Positions 11,361 through 21,338 of a stretch of 64,000 bases of DNA are shown here, piece after piece. Both the position numbers and the translations under genes were made by a program. The notes beneath the pieces were generated by a model. That model ran no database searches. It saw nothing but the letters and a program-made list of their open reading frames with translations, and was not told where the DNA came from. The stretch comes from Microgenomates group bacterium GW2011_GWC1_46_15 (GTDB lineage Bacteria > Patescibacteriota > Microgenomatia > UBA1400 > UBA12028), in assembly GCA_001002285.1 (NCBI GenBank), contig LCLX01000004.1, positions 6,885-70,884 on the forward strand, written 5' to 3'. Every line of letters begins with the position of its first letter. The first letter of the stretch is position 1.

Positions 11361-12080
11361 ATGCGGGAACAACTAGAAAAAGAGTTACAAAAGTTAGCAA
11401 AACAGCGCGTACAATTTTCACGATTTTTTATTAGTGCGAATGATCATGCGCTGGGTGCAAACATGCGTTTTAATGGAGAACTCCCCTGCCCTCTCCCGGA
11501 GACGTATGACGAAGATACTCGGGAAGAACATGATGTTTGGGCGTGTGGTATGTACTCTATATTCACCATTTTGCGGTACTTTAGGCTTCCGGTAACACTT
11601 TCCGAAGTGATGGAGCGCACAAAAGAATATGGTGCTGACCACGAGGGAACTCCGGAGCATACGACGATTGATACATATGCCCATTTTGGTATAACAGCGG
11701 TTCCTGTTCGTGTTTCTTCAATTCAAGAAATCAAAGCGTACACAGATCAGGGATGCGTATTTGTCGCAAACGTCATTGCATTATGGGAAAACCAGATCGC
11801 GGATGGAACTCAGTTGGGCGATGGACATTGGTTACCGATTTTTGCCGGTGATAAATACAATAATCTTCTTGTGGGCGATCCAAGTTATCGTTCACCTATG
11901 CATAAGGGTCCTACTTTTGGAGCGCGTGTTCTTACGGAAAAGGCGTATTGGAAAATTGCATATGAATTTAATGGCGCGGTGCATCAAGCGGAGCACAGCG
12001 TTCTTCCTGGTGCGGAGTGGTATGGCATGGAAGGCATTGCAGTATATCCTCCACACATGAAACCGTATGTTATAAAATGA
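11361..12080 (+). CDS. Papain-fold cysteine peptidase (C39-like)
   Basis: Putative Cys-His-Asp triad: WACG..., GHW, GDPS; start uncertain. Confidence 0.6.
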   Translation: MREQLEKELQKLAKQRVQFSRFFISANDHALGANMRFNGELPCPLPETYDEDTREEHDVWACGMYSIFTILRYFRLPVTLSEVMERTKEYGADHEGTPEHTTIDTYAHFGITAVPVRVSSIQEIKAYTDQGCVFVANVIALWENQIADGTQLGDGHWLPIFAGDKYNNLLVGDPSYRSPMHKGPTFGARVLTEKAYWKIAYEFNGAVHQAEHSVLPGAEWYGMEGIAVYPPHMKPYVIK

Positions 12081-12086
12081 ACAAAT

Positions 12087-12404
12087 ATGATTGATTCCGT
12101 GCTTTCATCCGATATCTATACTATTGTTTCCTCCATTCCCAAAGGAAAAGTATTGAGTTATGCCGATGTTGCACGGTTATCTGGAAAGTGTGGACCGCGG
12201 CAAGTGGGGCGCATTCTTCATCACAATCAGGATAACTCAAAAGTTCCATGCCATCGAGTGGTTCACGAAGACGGAACATTGGCTCCAGCGTTTGCATTTG
12301 GCGGCGAAGATGCGCAGAAGAAAAAATTACAGCATGAAGGTGTGCCTTTTCGTGGTGCGCGTGTACATATGCAGAAATCACGGTGGAAAACATCGTTTTC
12401 ATAA
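12087..12404 (+). CDS. MGMT family O6-alkylguanine DNA alkyltransferase (C-terminal domain only)
   Basis: IPKGKV.SY..VA, RQVG, PCHRVV active-site motif. Confidence 0.9.
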   Translation: MIDSVLSSDIYTIVSSIPKGKVLSYADVARLSGKCGPRQVGRILHHNQDNSKVPCHRVVHEDGTLAPAFAFGGEDAQKKKLQHEGVPFRGARVHMQKSRWKTSFS

Positions 12405-12474
12405 TGTTCACACATCAAAAAACGCATTCTCCTCTTTTCAAACTCATGCGTGTGGTGCATACTAACGCCTACCT

Positions 12475-13149
12475 ATGAAGTTCCGCGCGCTCGTCGTTGA
12501 TGACCAGCCGCATATTGTTTCATTTCTCCGCCCCATACTGGAACGCGAGAAGTACACGGTCGTGCACGCAGCTACTGTTTTTCAAGGAGAAAAGAAACTC
12601 CGTTCTGGCCACTACCACGTTGTTATTCTTGACCGCAACTTACCAGATGGTGATGGGTTGGGTCTTTTGCCGCTTATTGCCGAGACTTCTCAGGAAACAA
12701 AAACGATTGTGTTGAGCCAGCACGGTGCGGTAGAGCATCGTGTTGAGGGATTAGACAAAGGCGCGGACGAGTATATTCCCAAACCGTTTTCCGTTGAAGA
12801 GTTTGTCGCGCGCCTGCACGCGGTTACCCGCAGGAATATCATTAAAAATGATGACATCGTACGGTTTGGAGGCGTTACGATCTATCAGAACAAACACGCG
12901 ATTCAATGGCGGTCGGTGCGGAGACGGCTTCCGCCGCTCTCATTCAAGTTATTTCTTTTATTTTTACGGAATAAAAACATTGCACTTACCCGCGAACAAA
13001 TTGCAGTCAAAGTGTGGCCGCTTGATAAATACCCCACGAGTGCAAGCATTGATGTTAGCGTGCGGCGGTTGCGTAAGGACTTAGATGGTTTCCCATTCAA
13101 AATTATTACGGAGCACTATGTTGGGTATCGGTTTGTGGATAAAACGTAA
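12475..13149 (+). CDS. OmpR family response regulator
   Basis: VVDD, ILDRNLPDGDG, GADEY.PKPF, C-terminal wHTH IDV.V.RLRK...GYRF. Confidence 0.92.
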   Translation: MKFRALVVDDQPHIVSFLRPILEREKYTVVHAATVFQGEKKLRSGHYHVVILDRNLPDGDGLGLLPLIAETSQETKTIVLSQHGAVEHRVEGLDKGADEYIPKPFSVEEFVARLHAVTRRNIIKNDDIVRFGGVTIYQNKHAIQWRSVRRRLPPLSFKLFLLFLRNKNIALTREQIAVKVWPLDKYPTSASIDVSVRRLRKDLDGFPFKIITEHYVGYRFVDKT

Positions 13150-14386
13150 AAACATTAAACGGTTAGTGCCCGAGTTTTTTGTTGATGTGTGGGCCTCCCG
13201 GTTTTTCCGTACTCTATTTTTTATTGCTGGACTCAGCCATTTTATTGGGGTATTTGTTCCAGAAACCGGTTTTGACGCAGTGTGGTATCACTTGCCTATC
13301 ACGCAGGTATTATTAAACCGCGGATGGGACAGATTTATTCCAGAACTCTATCAATCTGCAATGCCACATTTGGGATCGTTAGTATTTACATTGCCCTACG
13401 CGATGTTTGGAATAGTTGGTGTTAAATTTTTTACGTATCTTCTTGCTTGGTTGATGATTGTATTGATGTACCGTATTGCAAAACCACTGGTTGGAATACG
13501 CTATGCGTTGTTTGGATGTCTGATCTTTTTTACGTTTCACACGGTTGGGTGGCAGGCATCGTCAGCATATGTTGATAGTTTGCGTACGGTGTTTGAGTTA
13601 GCCGCGGTAAGTTTGATCATGGAAAACAAACGTGTTTCTCCCGTGTCTGCGGGAATTTTTCTTGGATTGGCGCTTTCAACAAAACTACTCGCATTTCTCG
13701 CGCTTCCCGCGTTTTTTCTGTTTACGGTTCTACGGAAACATATGCGATTTGCGGTCATCATGTGTGCGATTGCAGTTTTAACGGTTACCCCGTGGCTCGT
13801 GCAAAGTTATATATGGACAGGAAATCCAATCTATCCGCTTTTTCAATCGTCTTTGGGAATAGATCAGGTGACACATCTTGGATACGGAACTGTGTTGAGT
13901 TGGCTGACACACCAGATTTTAATGATTCCGCTTCTGCCAATTGTTATGAGTGTGCAGTGGGGTGACTGGACGTCGCCGATATTTATAGTAGGAGCTCTTT
14001 CTGCGATATATGTCAAAAAAGAAGTGTGGAAAAAACACCGCGATCTATTGGCATTTGTTTTCGTTTTCATGATTTCTTGGCTTTTGTTCCCTCCGCTTTC
14101 CGTGCGATACGCACTCACAGGGTTTGTAATGGCGATCGTTGTGTGTTTGCTTGTATTCAAGAATCTTCCGCAAAAGTTTCACACACTCCGCCACATTTTT
14201 ATTGTGATCTGTTGGCTTGGCATCGCATTTAACTTGGTGTACCGATTTGGCGCGAACGTCAAACAACTCGAACTCTTAACAGGAGAAATTTCCCATCAAA
14301 CATATCTCGATCAGCGCAGCCAAGGAGTTGCGAAAGGCCCGATGGAAAAATGGTACTCAGGATATTGGGCAAGATATGGAAAATAG
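13118..14386 (+). CDS. GT-C fold membrane glycosyltransferase (PMT/ArnT-like)
   Basis: Multi-TM; DAVWYHL, AYVD, GLAL.TK, TGNP.YP, RY; start uncertain. Confidence 0.7.
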   Translation: MLGIGLWIKRKNIKRLVPEFFVDVWASRFFRTLFFIAGLSHFIGVFVPETGFDAVWYHLPITQVLLNRGWDRFIPELYQSAMPHLGSLVFTLPYAMFGIVGVKFFTYLLAWLMIVLMYRIAKPLVGIRYALFGCLIFFTFHTVGWQASSAYVDSLRTVFELAAVSLIMENKRVSPVSAGIFLGLALSTKLLAFLALPAFFLFTVLRKHMRFAVIMCAIAVLTVTPWLVQSYIWTGNPIYPLFQSSLGIDQVTHLGYGTVLSWLTHQILMIPLLPIVMSVQWGDWTSPIFIVGALSAIYVKKEVWKKHRDLLAFVFVFMISWLLFPPLSVRYALTGFVMAIVVCLLVFKNLPQKFHTLRHIFIVICWLGIAFNLVYRFGANVKQLELLTGEISHQTYLDQRSQGVAKGPMEKWYSGYWARYGK

Positions 14387-14443
14387 TTTCCTTTTTTCAA
14401 AGGGGGGTTTGCACGCGCGGAGGCCTGTGCTATAGTCGGACAC

Positions 14444-14884
14444 ATGGATACCACACAAACGCTTTCTTCTGCTCCCGTACAAGAATCTCAACATGATGTC
14501 GCAACGCTCCAAGCCCTGATTGAACGCCAAATTGAACGGCTCGATGCTGTCCGGCAGCAAATCCGGACGCATACAGACAGCATGAAGAGTATTTTTGAGA
14601 ACGACACCGAGTTGGCAGAAAATGAAACGCAAGTGCAGGAAGTTTCAAAAAAATCCAAAGCACGCAAAAAAACATTGACCGAAGCTCCCGAGTTCCGTGA
14701 ACTACGCGCAAAATCAGCAGAGCTCAAGGATGAAGTTAAAGAACTTCAAGAATCGTTGAACTCCTATCTTCTCACCTACTATCAGCAAACCGGCGTTAAA
14801 ACAGTGGATTTGGGCGCCGGCGGACAGCGAGAGTTTAAAGTGATTGCAAAACTCCTGCCAAAGAAAGGGGATAAAGAAGAATGA
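14444..14884 (+). CDS. Hypothetical coiled-coil protein
   Basis: Heptad-rich 146 aa; TTGCAC-N16-TATAGT promoter 7 nt upstream. Confidence 0.75.
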   Translation: MDTTQTLSSAPVQESQHDVATLQALIERQIERLDAVRQQIRTHTDSMKSIFENDTELAENETQVQEVSKKSKARKKTLTEAPEFRELRAKSAELKDEVKELQESLNSYLLTYYQQTGVKTVDLGAGGQREFKVIAKLLPKKGDKEE

Positions 14885-15174
14885 CAACACCACAGTACCT
14901 TGATGACGCGTTTGAAAAAGAGTGCGAAGAACTCTTAAAAGTTTTTCTAAAAAAACATAAAGACTACGGTAAGGGAAATATTTTGGAAATTGGTGAGCTT
15001 GGAATCTCGTTCCGCATTGCAGAAAAGGTGAGTCGGTTAAAGAACTTGTTGGCAAAAACAGGCAAGCCAGAGAATGAATCACTTGACGATACGTGGACCG
15101 ATATCGCGGTGTACGCGGTGATCGCAAAATTATTCAGAAAAAAGCAGTTTCAGGACTTGGAAGTGAGAGGATAG
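14881..15174 (+). CDS. DUF1599 / nucleotide-modification-associated domain protein
   Basis: K..DYG..N, R..EK..RL.NL, ES..DT..D.A.YAVI; ATGA overlap with the upstream gene. Confidence 0.7.
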   Translation: MTTPQYLDDAFEKECEELLKVFLKKHKDYGKGNILEIGELGISFRIAEKVSRLKNLLAKTGKPENESLDDTWTDIAVYAVIAKLFRKKQFQDLEVRG

Positions 15175-15238
15175 ATTTTTGTTGATCAGTAAGATTTTTT
15201 GATATACACTCTTCTTAAGCCTTTAAAAGGAGAGCGAG

Positions 15239-15544
15239 ATGGGAGTAGGATCAGAATTCATTGAAGGTCTTATCCACACAAGATCAGCGCTTTTTCTGGC
15301 GAGGCTTGCAGAAAAAGTAACTCGTCAAAAAGAAAAAAAAGCATCGTTGATTGTAGATCAGTTGATTAATGATTTAAAAAGTAGTAGTTATTTCAACGGA
15401 TTGGATAATAACTTAAGAAGAGATATTTTTATTAGGGCGATTGAACGATACAGAGAAGAGTATCATACTCTAGACTTTATACCTTGGGAGTCGGAATCAT
15501 CTCCAGAATACCAAAGGGCAATGACAATGCTCTTAGGGCACTAG
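15239..15544 (+). CDS. Orphan hypothetical protein
   Basis: TTGATC-N17-TACACT (15182-15210) and SD AAGGAG; AT-richer; stop abuts the secA stop. Confidence 0.65.
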   Translation: MGVGSEFIEGLIHTRSALFLARLAEKVTRQKEKKASLIVDQLINDLKSSSYFNGLDNNLRRDIFIRAIERYREEYHTLDFIPWESESSPEYQRAMTMLLGH

Positions 15545-18325
15545 TTATGCATTTCTCCCATGACACTTTTTATATTTTTTCCCGCTTCCGCACGGGCACG
15601 GATCATTCCGTCCAATTTTCATGTGCGCAACGCCAGGTTTGGCAACACTTCCGCCTTTTGCCTTTGACATCGCCGCGGCTAAGTCAGACAACGAGCCCTT
15701 CGTAGACGCCGGCGCTTTCAGTCCCTGTTCGGCTTTTTGTGCTTCTTGCGCGATAGAGCCCGCAAATACCTCTTCTTTTACCTCAACCGCCTGCTGAAGC
15801 GGCTGATTGGCGGCTGCCCGCTGTTCCGGTGAAACGTTCAATGGTTGGATGCGGAAAACCCGGTGGGCAACTGCATCGTCAATACGACCCATCAAGGCCT
15901 CAAACATCTCAAACGCCTCCTTTTTATACGCCGACAACACCGTTTGTTTGTCACCGCGTAGCCAAATACCTTCGCGCAGGGTATCCATATTATCCAAGTG
16001 ATCCATCCAGTGCTCGTCAATCGTGGTGAGCATGACGTACCGTTCCATGTCGCGGGCAACCTGGTCGCCAAACTCTTTTTCGCGTTGAGCGTAAATATCA
16101 CGCGCAATGTTCTGCAGGAAAGTAATGATAGCATCGGCCTCTTTTTGCTCTTTCAACTGCCCACGCAACTGTTGCTGAGAAGCGTCGTCAAACGGGATGA
16201 TGCTGATAAACTCTTTGACGATCGCGTCGTACTCTTCCTGCGTGAACTGATCGGGCGCGCGCATCGTGACAAGGGAAGTAACCGCGTCGTTGACCGCGTT
16301 CAAAATATCAACGCGCAAATCTTTTTCACCATGCAGAATTTTATTACGCAAGCTATACACGACCTCGCGCTGTTTGTTCATGACGTCGTCGAACTCAACC
16401 AACCGTTTGCGCTGATCAAAAAAGAATCCTTCGACTTTAATCTGCGCCTGCTCGATGGCCTTGCTAATCATTTGGTGTTCGATCGGCTGGTTTTCTTCAA
16501 TCTGCAAAAAGTTCATCATTTTACCGATTTGCTCGCCGCCAAACAAACGCATGATTTCGTCTTCAAGCGATACAAAAAAGCTGGAGGAACCGGGGTCACC
16601 CTGACGACCCGCACGACCACGAAGTTGATTATCAATACGGCGGGACTCGTGTCGTTCGGTGCCAATAATATGCAACCCGCCTTGCTGTATAACAGCCTCA
16701 TGTTGCTTTTCCCAGTTTTTTATTGCTTTGGTGAGTGCCGTTTTGTTTGGGAAGTCTCCCTCTTCCGGCCGTGCTCCACCGAGCACGATGTCAACGCCGC
16801 GCCCCGCGATATTTGTGGCAACCGTCACCGCTCCCGGTCGGCCGGCGTCAGCGATAATGAACGCTTCTTTTTCATGATTTTTCGCGTTCAATATTTGATG
16901 TGGAATCTTTTTACGTGACAAAAACTCAGCGATAATTTCATTGTTCTGAATTGATCGTGTACCAATCAGCACGGGCTGTTTGCGCGCGTGCATTTCCTCA
17001 ACCTCTTTTACAATCGCGCCGTACTTTGCGCGCGTGGTTTTGTAAATCACATCGGCGCGATCTTTGCGGACAACCGGCAGGTGGGTTGGCATCACCAAAA
17101 CATCCATGCGGTAGATTTTTTTAAACTCCTCCGTTTCGGTGGCGGCAGTTCCGGTCATGCCAGCGAGTTTTTTGTACAACCGGAAGTAGTTCTGCAGAGA
17201 AATAGTCGCGAGTGTGCGGGACTCTTGCTGAATTTTTGCGTCTTCTTTTGCCTCAATAGCTTGATGAAGCCCATCACTGTACCGGCGTCCGTACATAAGC
17301 CGGCCGGTGTGCTCATCCACAATAATGACTTCCCCATCGCGCACAATGTAGTCTTTGTCGCGGTGGAACAATGTTTTTGCTTTGAGCGCTTGTTCAACAT
17401 GGTGGATGGTGTCAAAACTTTCTTCGTACAGATTCTTGACGCCGAGCTTCATTTCAATACGTTTAATGCCGAGATCGGTAAGTGTGGCGGTTTTGAGTTT
17501 TTCATCCAACGTATAGTCAGCATCTTTCGTGAGTGACTCAACCATTTTTGCAAAGTCATAGTATTTTTTTGTTGGCTCGGTATCGGGTGCGGAGATAATA
17601 AGTGGTGTGCGCGCTTCATCAATTAAAATGGAGTCTGCTTCGTCTACGATGGCAAAGTGATGCCCTCGCTGAACCTGATCTTCCATCCGCTGAACCATGT
17701 TGTCGCGCAGGTAGTCAAACCCAAACTCGTTGTTGGTGCCGTAGGTAATATCAGCGCTGTAGCCTTCTGCACGCGAAACGGGCTTAAAGTGTTCGAGGCG
17801 GTTGTCTCCGCGTTTTTCGCTGTGGTGGATGGAGTCGTAAAATGCGGCATGTTCGTGTGTAATAACGCCTACAGAAACATGAAGAAGTTCGAAGATTGGG
17901 CCCATCCACCCCGCGCCAAGCTGAGCAAGGTAGTCGTTCACAGTAACTAAATGCGCGCCTTTACCAGATAATGCGTTGAGATAAAGCGCCAGTGTTGCCG
18001 AAAGCGTTTTTCCTTCACCCGTCTTTTGTTCCGCGACCTTACCCTCGTGGAACGCAATACCGGCCATGAGCTGAACGTCGTAGTGGCGCAGACCAAGCGT
18101 GCGCCGGGAAGCCTCACGGACAACCGCAAATGTCTCAGGAAGCAAGACGTCAAGTGTTTCGCCATCCTCCAACCGTTTTTTAAACTCCGCGGTTTTGGCG
18201 GTCAACTTGGTGTCAGAAAGTTTTTTGAACTCCGGTTCCAGCGCATTGATCTTCTCGACAATGGTTTGGTACCGTTTGATTGTTTTTGTGTTCTCGTCAA
18301 AGAGTTTGGTAAGAAACTTGAACAT
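15545..18325 (-). CDS. secA: Preprotein translocase subunit SecA
   Basis: [54 protein letters not shown] motif [18 protein letters not shown]. Confidence 0.99.
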   Translation of the reverse strand: MFKFLTKLFDENTKTIKRYQTIVEKINALEPEFKKLSDTKLTAKTAEFKKRLEDGETLDVLLPETFAVVREASRRTLGLRHYDVQLMAGIAFHEGKVAEQKTGEGKTLSATLALYLNALSGKGAHLVTVNDYLAQLGAGWMGPIFELLHVSVGVITHEHAAFYDSIHHSEKRGDNRLEHFKPVSRAEGYSADITYGTNNEFGFDYLRDNMVQRMEDQVQRGHHFAIVDEADSILIDEARTPLIISAPDTEPTKKYYDFAKMVESLTKDADYTLDEKLKTATLTDLGIKRIEMKLGVKNLYEESFDTIHHVEQALKAKTLFHRDKDYIVRDGEVIIVDEHTGRLMYGRRYSDGLHQAIEAKEDAKIQQESRTLATISLQNYFRLYKKLAGMTGTAATETEEFKKIYRMDVLVMPTHLPVVRKDRADVIYKTTRAKYGAIVKEVEEMHARKQPVLIGTRSIQNNEIIAEFLSRKKIPHQILNAKNHEKEAFIIADAGRPGAVTVATNIAGRGVDIVLGGARPEEGDFPNKTALTKAIKNWEKQHEAVIQQGGLHIIGTERHESRRIDNQLRGRAGRQGDPGSSSFFVSLEDEIMRLFGGEQIGKMMNFLQIEENQPIEHQMISKAIEQAQIKVEGFFFDQRKRLVEFDDVMNKQREVVYSLRNKILHGEKDLRVDILNAVNDAVTSLVTMRAPDQFTQEEYDAIVKEFISIIPFDDASQQQLRGQLKEQKEADAIITFLQNIARDIYAQREKEFGDQVARDMERYVMLTTIDEHWMDHLDNMDTLREGIWLRGDKQTVLSAYKKEAFEMFEALMGRIDDAVAHRVFRIQPLNVSPEQRAAANQPLQQAVEVKEEVFAGSIAQEAQKAEQGLKAPASTKGSLSDLAAAMSKAKGGSVAKPGVAHMKIGRNDPCPCGSGKKYKKCHGRNA

Positions 18326-18467
18326 AGCAGATTATTGTACCATGACCTCTGGAGAAAGTGTGTATTTTTGAAGAATAAGCGCTGATATCATAGGAAGTTT
18401 GACTGTGTTTTTTGACGGTGTATAATCGGCTGATAGATCAAATTATTTAGTGTCCCAAGGAGGGAGT

Positions 18468-18908
18468 ATGACGATAGAAATGGGTCTTAAGAAGGTTGGT
18501 TATACCGATGCAGGTATTCTTAAAGAAGCAAGGAGTAGAGATGGATACTTGTCGGAAGGAGCGATTACAGGAAAGGTTAAAGCATTACAAGACCTTCTTG
18601 GTGCGTTTGGGATTATGATGCTAGAGACGGAGGAAAAAGAAGGAAGACCCACTATTGCTGATATTCAGGAATTTATGCAGATATTACAGGAAGTCATTAG
18701 GGGCACAGAATTTGAAAACGCAACAATTAGTCCAAGTCGTCTTGCGAGAGATGCGGGAAGAGGATTATATGCTCTTAGAAAAACAAAACCAATACGTGTT
18801 TCGTTTATGCAGAAATCTAATCCTTCTAAACAGATAAACTTTGTTTTTTCTGGACGTTTTTTGGATAGAACCGGATCTCGATGTGTCATTTATGTTATGC
18901 AAGAGTAG
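18468..18908 (+). CDS. Orphan hypothetical protein
   Basis: TTGACT-N16-TATAAT (18399-18426) and SD AAGGAGG. Confidence 0.65.
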   Translation: MTIEMGLKKVGYTDAGILKEARSRDGYLSEGAITGKVKALQDLLGAFGIMMLETEEKEGRPTIADIQEFMQILQEVIRGTEFENATISPSRLARDAGRGLYALRKTKPIRVSFMQKSNPSKQINFVFSGRFLDRTGSRCVIYVMQE

Positions 18909-18946
18909 AGATATTATTACGCGATATATGGGGATTTAGGAGGGTT

Positions 18947-19399
18947 ATGACACTGCTCGAAGCAGAAGAATTTCTTAATATTGGTCATGCTACCGAAGAA
19001 ATCTTAGCAAAAGATAGTTCCGTTTCCGTGACAGGCAGACTTCTGCGGGAGATGCAAAGGAGAGTAACTGACTTTTTGAAAAGCGGAGGCGCTCTTGATC
19101 TAAGTTCTGTTGAAAGAATTCATGGCATGCTTGAGGCTTTATTTCTTCATACACCACTTTCCGCTCATATAACACTTTTGTATTGTCCAGGAGAATTATT
19201 TAATCCAGGTTCAGTTTTTCGGACGTCAGAATATTTCTTTTATTCAAGCCCTGATCTAGGATGGTGGGTTCGAGCCGAGGTTGGAGATAACCAAATCCTT
19301 GTCAAGTATACGGAGGAAGGAAATAGAGAGAAAATTGGTCAAATGCAACGACGTTCAATCGAAAGATTCAGGATATTATACGCTCGAACCCCTAGATAG
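18947..19399 (+). CDS. Orphan hypothetical protein
   Basis: SD AGGAGG at 18938-18943; 3' end overlaps the serS stop. Confidence 0.6.
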   Translation: MTLLEAEEFLNIGHATEEILAKDSSVSVTGRLLREMQRRVTDFLKSGGALDLSSVERIHGMLEALFLHTPLSAHITLLYCPGELFNPGSVFRTSEYFFYSSPDLGWWVRAEVGDNQILVKYTEEGNREKIGQMQRRSIERFRILYARTPR

Positions 19400-20648
19400 T
19401 TATCTTCTCTTTCCCCACAAACTCCCGCAGAATCTCTGGCACTACAATGCTTCCATCCGCTTGCTGGTAGTTTTCCAAAATTGCCCCCAAAATACGTGGC
19501 GTGGCAACAACGGTGTTATTCAACGTGTAGACGTACTTCATCGTGCCGTCTTTTGCGCGGTACTTAATATTCAATCGTCGGGCTTGAAAATCATTAAAGT
19601 AGGAGTCCGAGTGCGTTTCGCGGTACGCGTTTTGACCCGGGAACCACACTTCAACGTCATACTTCCGCCGCTGTCCTGCACCCATATCGCCGGTGCACAT
19701 GTTGAGCACGTGGTACGGCAACTTCAGCTTTTGCAGTAACTCCTCGGCATACCCAAGCATTTCATCGTGCATCGTGCGCGTGACTTCTTCATCCGCGACG
19801 GTGTACACCACTTGTTCGACCTTCATAAACTGGTGCACACGGAAAATGCCTTTCGTATCCTTACCGTACGACCCCACTTCACGGCGAAAACATGGCGAAA
19901 TCCCCACCATTTTATATGGCAGATCTTTTTCATCCAAAATCTCACCCTCGCGATACGCGGTAAGCGAAACTTCGGCGGTACCAATCAGCTTTTGCCCGTC
20001 CTGTGTGGCATAGTGATCCTGCATACCCCACGGAAAGTATCCGGTTCCCCACATGGCGTCATCGTTGACCATCCACGGGACGGTCATGGGAGTAAACCCT
20101 TTTGCGATCATCATCTTGAGCGCGTACATCAACAGGGCATACTCGAGCAAAACCAAGTCGTTTTTGGTATAGAAAGCGCGGTTTCCGGCGATGCGGACGG
20201 CGCGTTTGGTATCAATGAGATCAAGCGTCTCGGCAAGCTCGTCGTGTGTTTTAGACTGAAACTTGAACTTTGGAATGTCTCCCCACTTTTTGACCTCAAC
20301 ATTTCCTGTTTCATCTTTGCCGATTGGTGTGTCATCGGCCGCGGGGTTTGGCACCTGAAGCATTAAATCCATAAACGACGCGTCCAATTTTTTAAGTTGA
20401 GGTTCTATATCCTGCAATTGTATTTTAAGTTTTTTTCCTTTTTCGATCTGCTCCGGCGTTGGTTTTCCTTTCACGCCCGCCGCGTGCGCATTCCCCTCAG
20501 CACGTAATGTTTCAACTTTTTGCAAGAGCGTACGCCGCTCGGTATCCACGCGCAACACCTCATCCACAATTTTGGGATTGAGCTGCTTATCCGTAATTGC
20601 TTTTTTTAACGTCTCCGCATTGTCGCGGATGTACCTAATGTCAACCAT
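19392..20648 (-). CDS. serS: Serine--tRNA ligase
   Basis: MVDIRYIR, LIGTAEV, SPCFRREVG, RVHQFMKVEQ, DFQARRL, TLNNT..ATPR. Confidence 0.99.
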   Translation of the reverse strand: MVDIRYIRDNAETLKKAITDKQLNPKIVDEVLRVDTERRTLLQKVETLRAEGNAHAAGVKGKPTPEQIEKGKKLKIQLQDIEPQLKKLDASFMDLMLQVPNPAADDTPIGKDETGNVEVKKWGDIPKFKFQSKTHDELAETLDLIDTKRAVRIAGNRAFYTKNDLVLLEYALLMYALKMMIAKGFTPMTVPWMVNDDAMWGTGYFPWGMQDHYATQDGQKLIGTAEVSLTAYREGEILDEKDLPYKMVGISPCFRREVGSYGKDTKGIFRVHQFMKVEQVVYTVADEEVTRTMHDEMLGYAEELLQKLKLPYHVLNMCTGDMGAGQRRKYDVEVWFPGQNAYRETHSDSYFNDFQARRLNIKYRAKDGTMKYVYTLNNTVVATPRILGAILENYQQADGSIVVPEILREFVGKEKITI

Positions 20649-20689
20649 GTTTCCCCCTTTATGTTTGTATGTACTCAAACGTATGGCTA

Positions 20690-20857
20690 CAAAAAACCAC
20701 GCTATCGCCTTCAAAAAGGACGCGTTTGCGTGGTGCCACCTTTCTTCTTTACGTCCTCGAACGAAAGCTCGGGGACTCAACTCGTTCCGGCTGTTACGGG
20801 CTTACCCGGACGGGATTTCCCCCGCCAGCTCAACGGCTGCTAACCGTTTTTGCGCTG
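20690..20857 (-). promoter_or_regulatory. Ser T-box riboswitch with ultrashort Stem I and intrinsic terminator
   Basis: Minus strand: Stem I CAGC..AACGGUU-AGC-AGCCGUU-GA-GCUG; IIA/B GGGUAAGCCCGUAACAGCC; T-box AAGG-UGGCACC-ACG...CGUCCUU; terminator CCACGC...GCGUGG-UUUUUU. Confidence 0.88.
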
Positions 20858-20873
20858 TTAATTTCTATACTGA

Positions 20874-20902
20874 AGTATACACATGAAAAAGAGGGGGCGC
20901 AA
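20874..20902 (-). promoter_or_regulatory. Sigma70 promoter of the serS leader
   Basis: TTGCGC-N17-TATACT with TGTG extension. Confidence 0.75.
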
Positions 20903-20903
20903 G

Positions 20904-21293
20904 TCAGGCAATCGTTTCCCCTCTTAAATCCCCATCTTGCGCTTTTTTTATAATATCTTCATCTGACAAAGAAACTTCTCCTCTTCCCAGCGGCCTTCCA
21001 TGAAGAGGGTCTTCTGTGTAGAACATTCTAGGATTAAACGTAACTCTCTCGCCAGAGACAGAAACTCCAGGAGCATTGAATAATTTCGCAATAACAGCGG
21101 CCACTAGTTCTTGGGGGATGCCAGCGTCGATCAAAACATCCGAAAGTTTAATATAATACCCCGGTGATCCTCTGAAGAGACGATACAGCTTTCGTAGAGC
21201 ATCCGCCAGACGAGATTCCTGTTCGAAAGACAATGCTTGTGGAGGTGTTGTGATTTCAGGCCATGTTCCGGTTTTTGACCCATCCATGTTCAT
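20904..21293 (-). CDS. Orphan hypothetical protein (possibly winged-helix-like)
   Basis: Open frame; TACAAT 8 nt before the ATG. Confidence 0.55.
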   Translation of the reverse strand: MNMDGSKTGTWPEITTPPQALSFEQESRLADALRKLYRLFRGSPGYYIKLSDVLIDAGIPQELVAAVIAKLFNAPGVSVSGERVTFNPRMFYTEDPLHGRPLGRGEVSLSDEDIIKKAQDGDLRGETIA

Positions 21294-21338
21294 ATCGCTG
21301 TATTGTATCAAAAAATATCACACGGTATACTGATTTTC

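Noticed and set aside
15998-17950. Long antisense ORFs over secA (similar ones over atpD, dnaE, lysS)
   Set aside because: Shadow frames of conserved genes with no motifs or expression signals
20649-20780. N-terminal extension of SerRS in the ORF track
   Set aside because: The region is the T-box leader; the true start is MVDIRY at 20648
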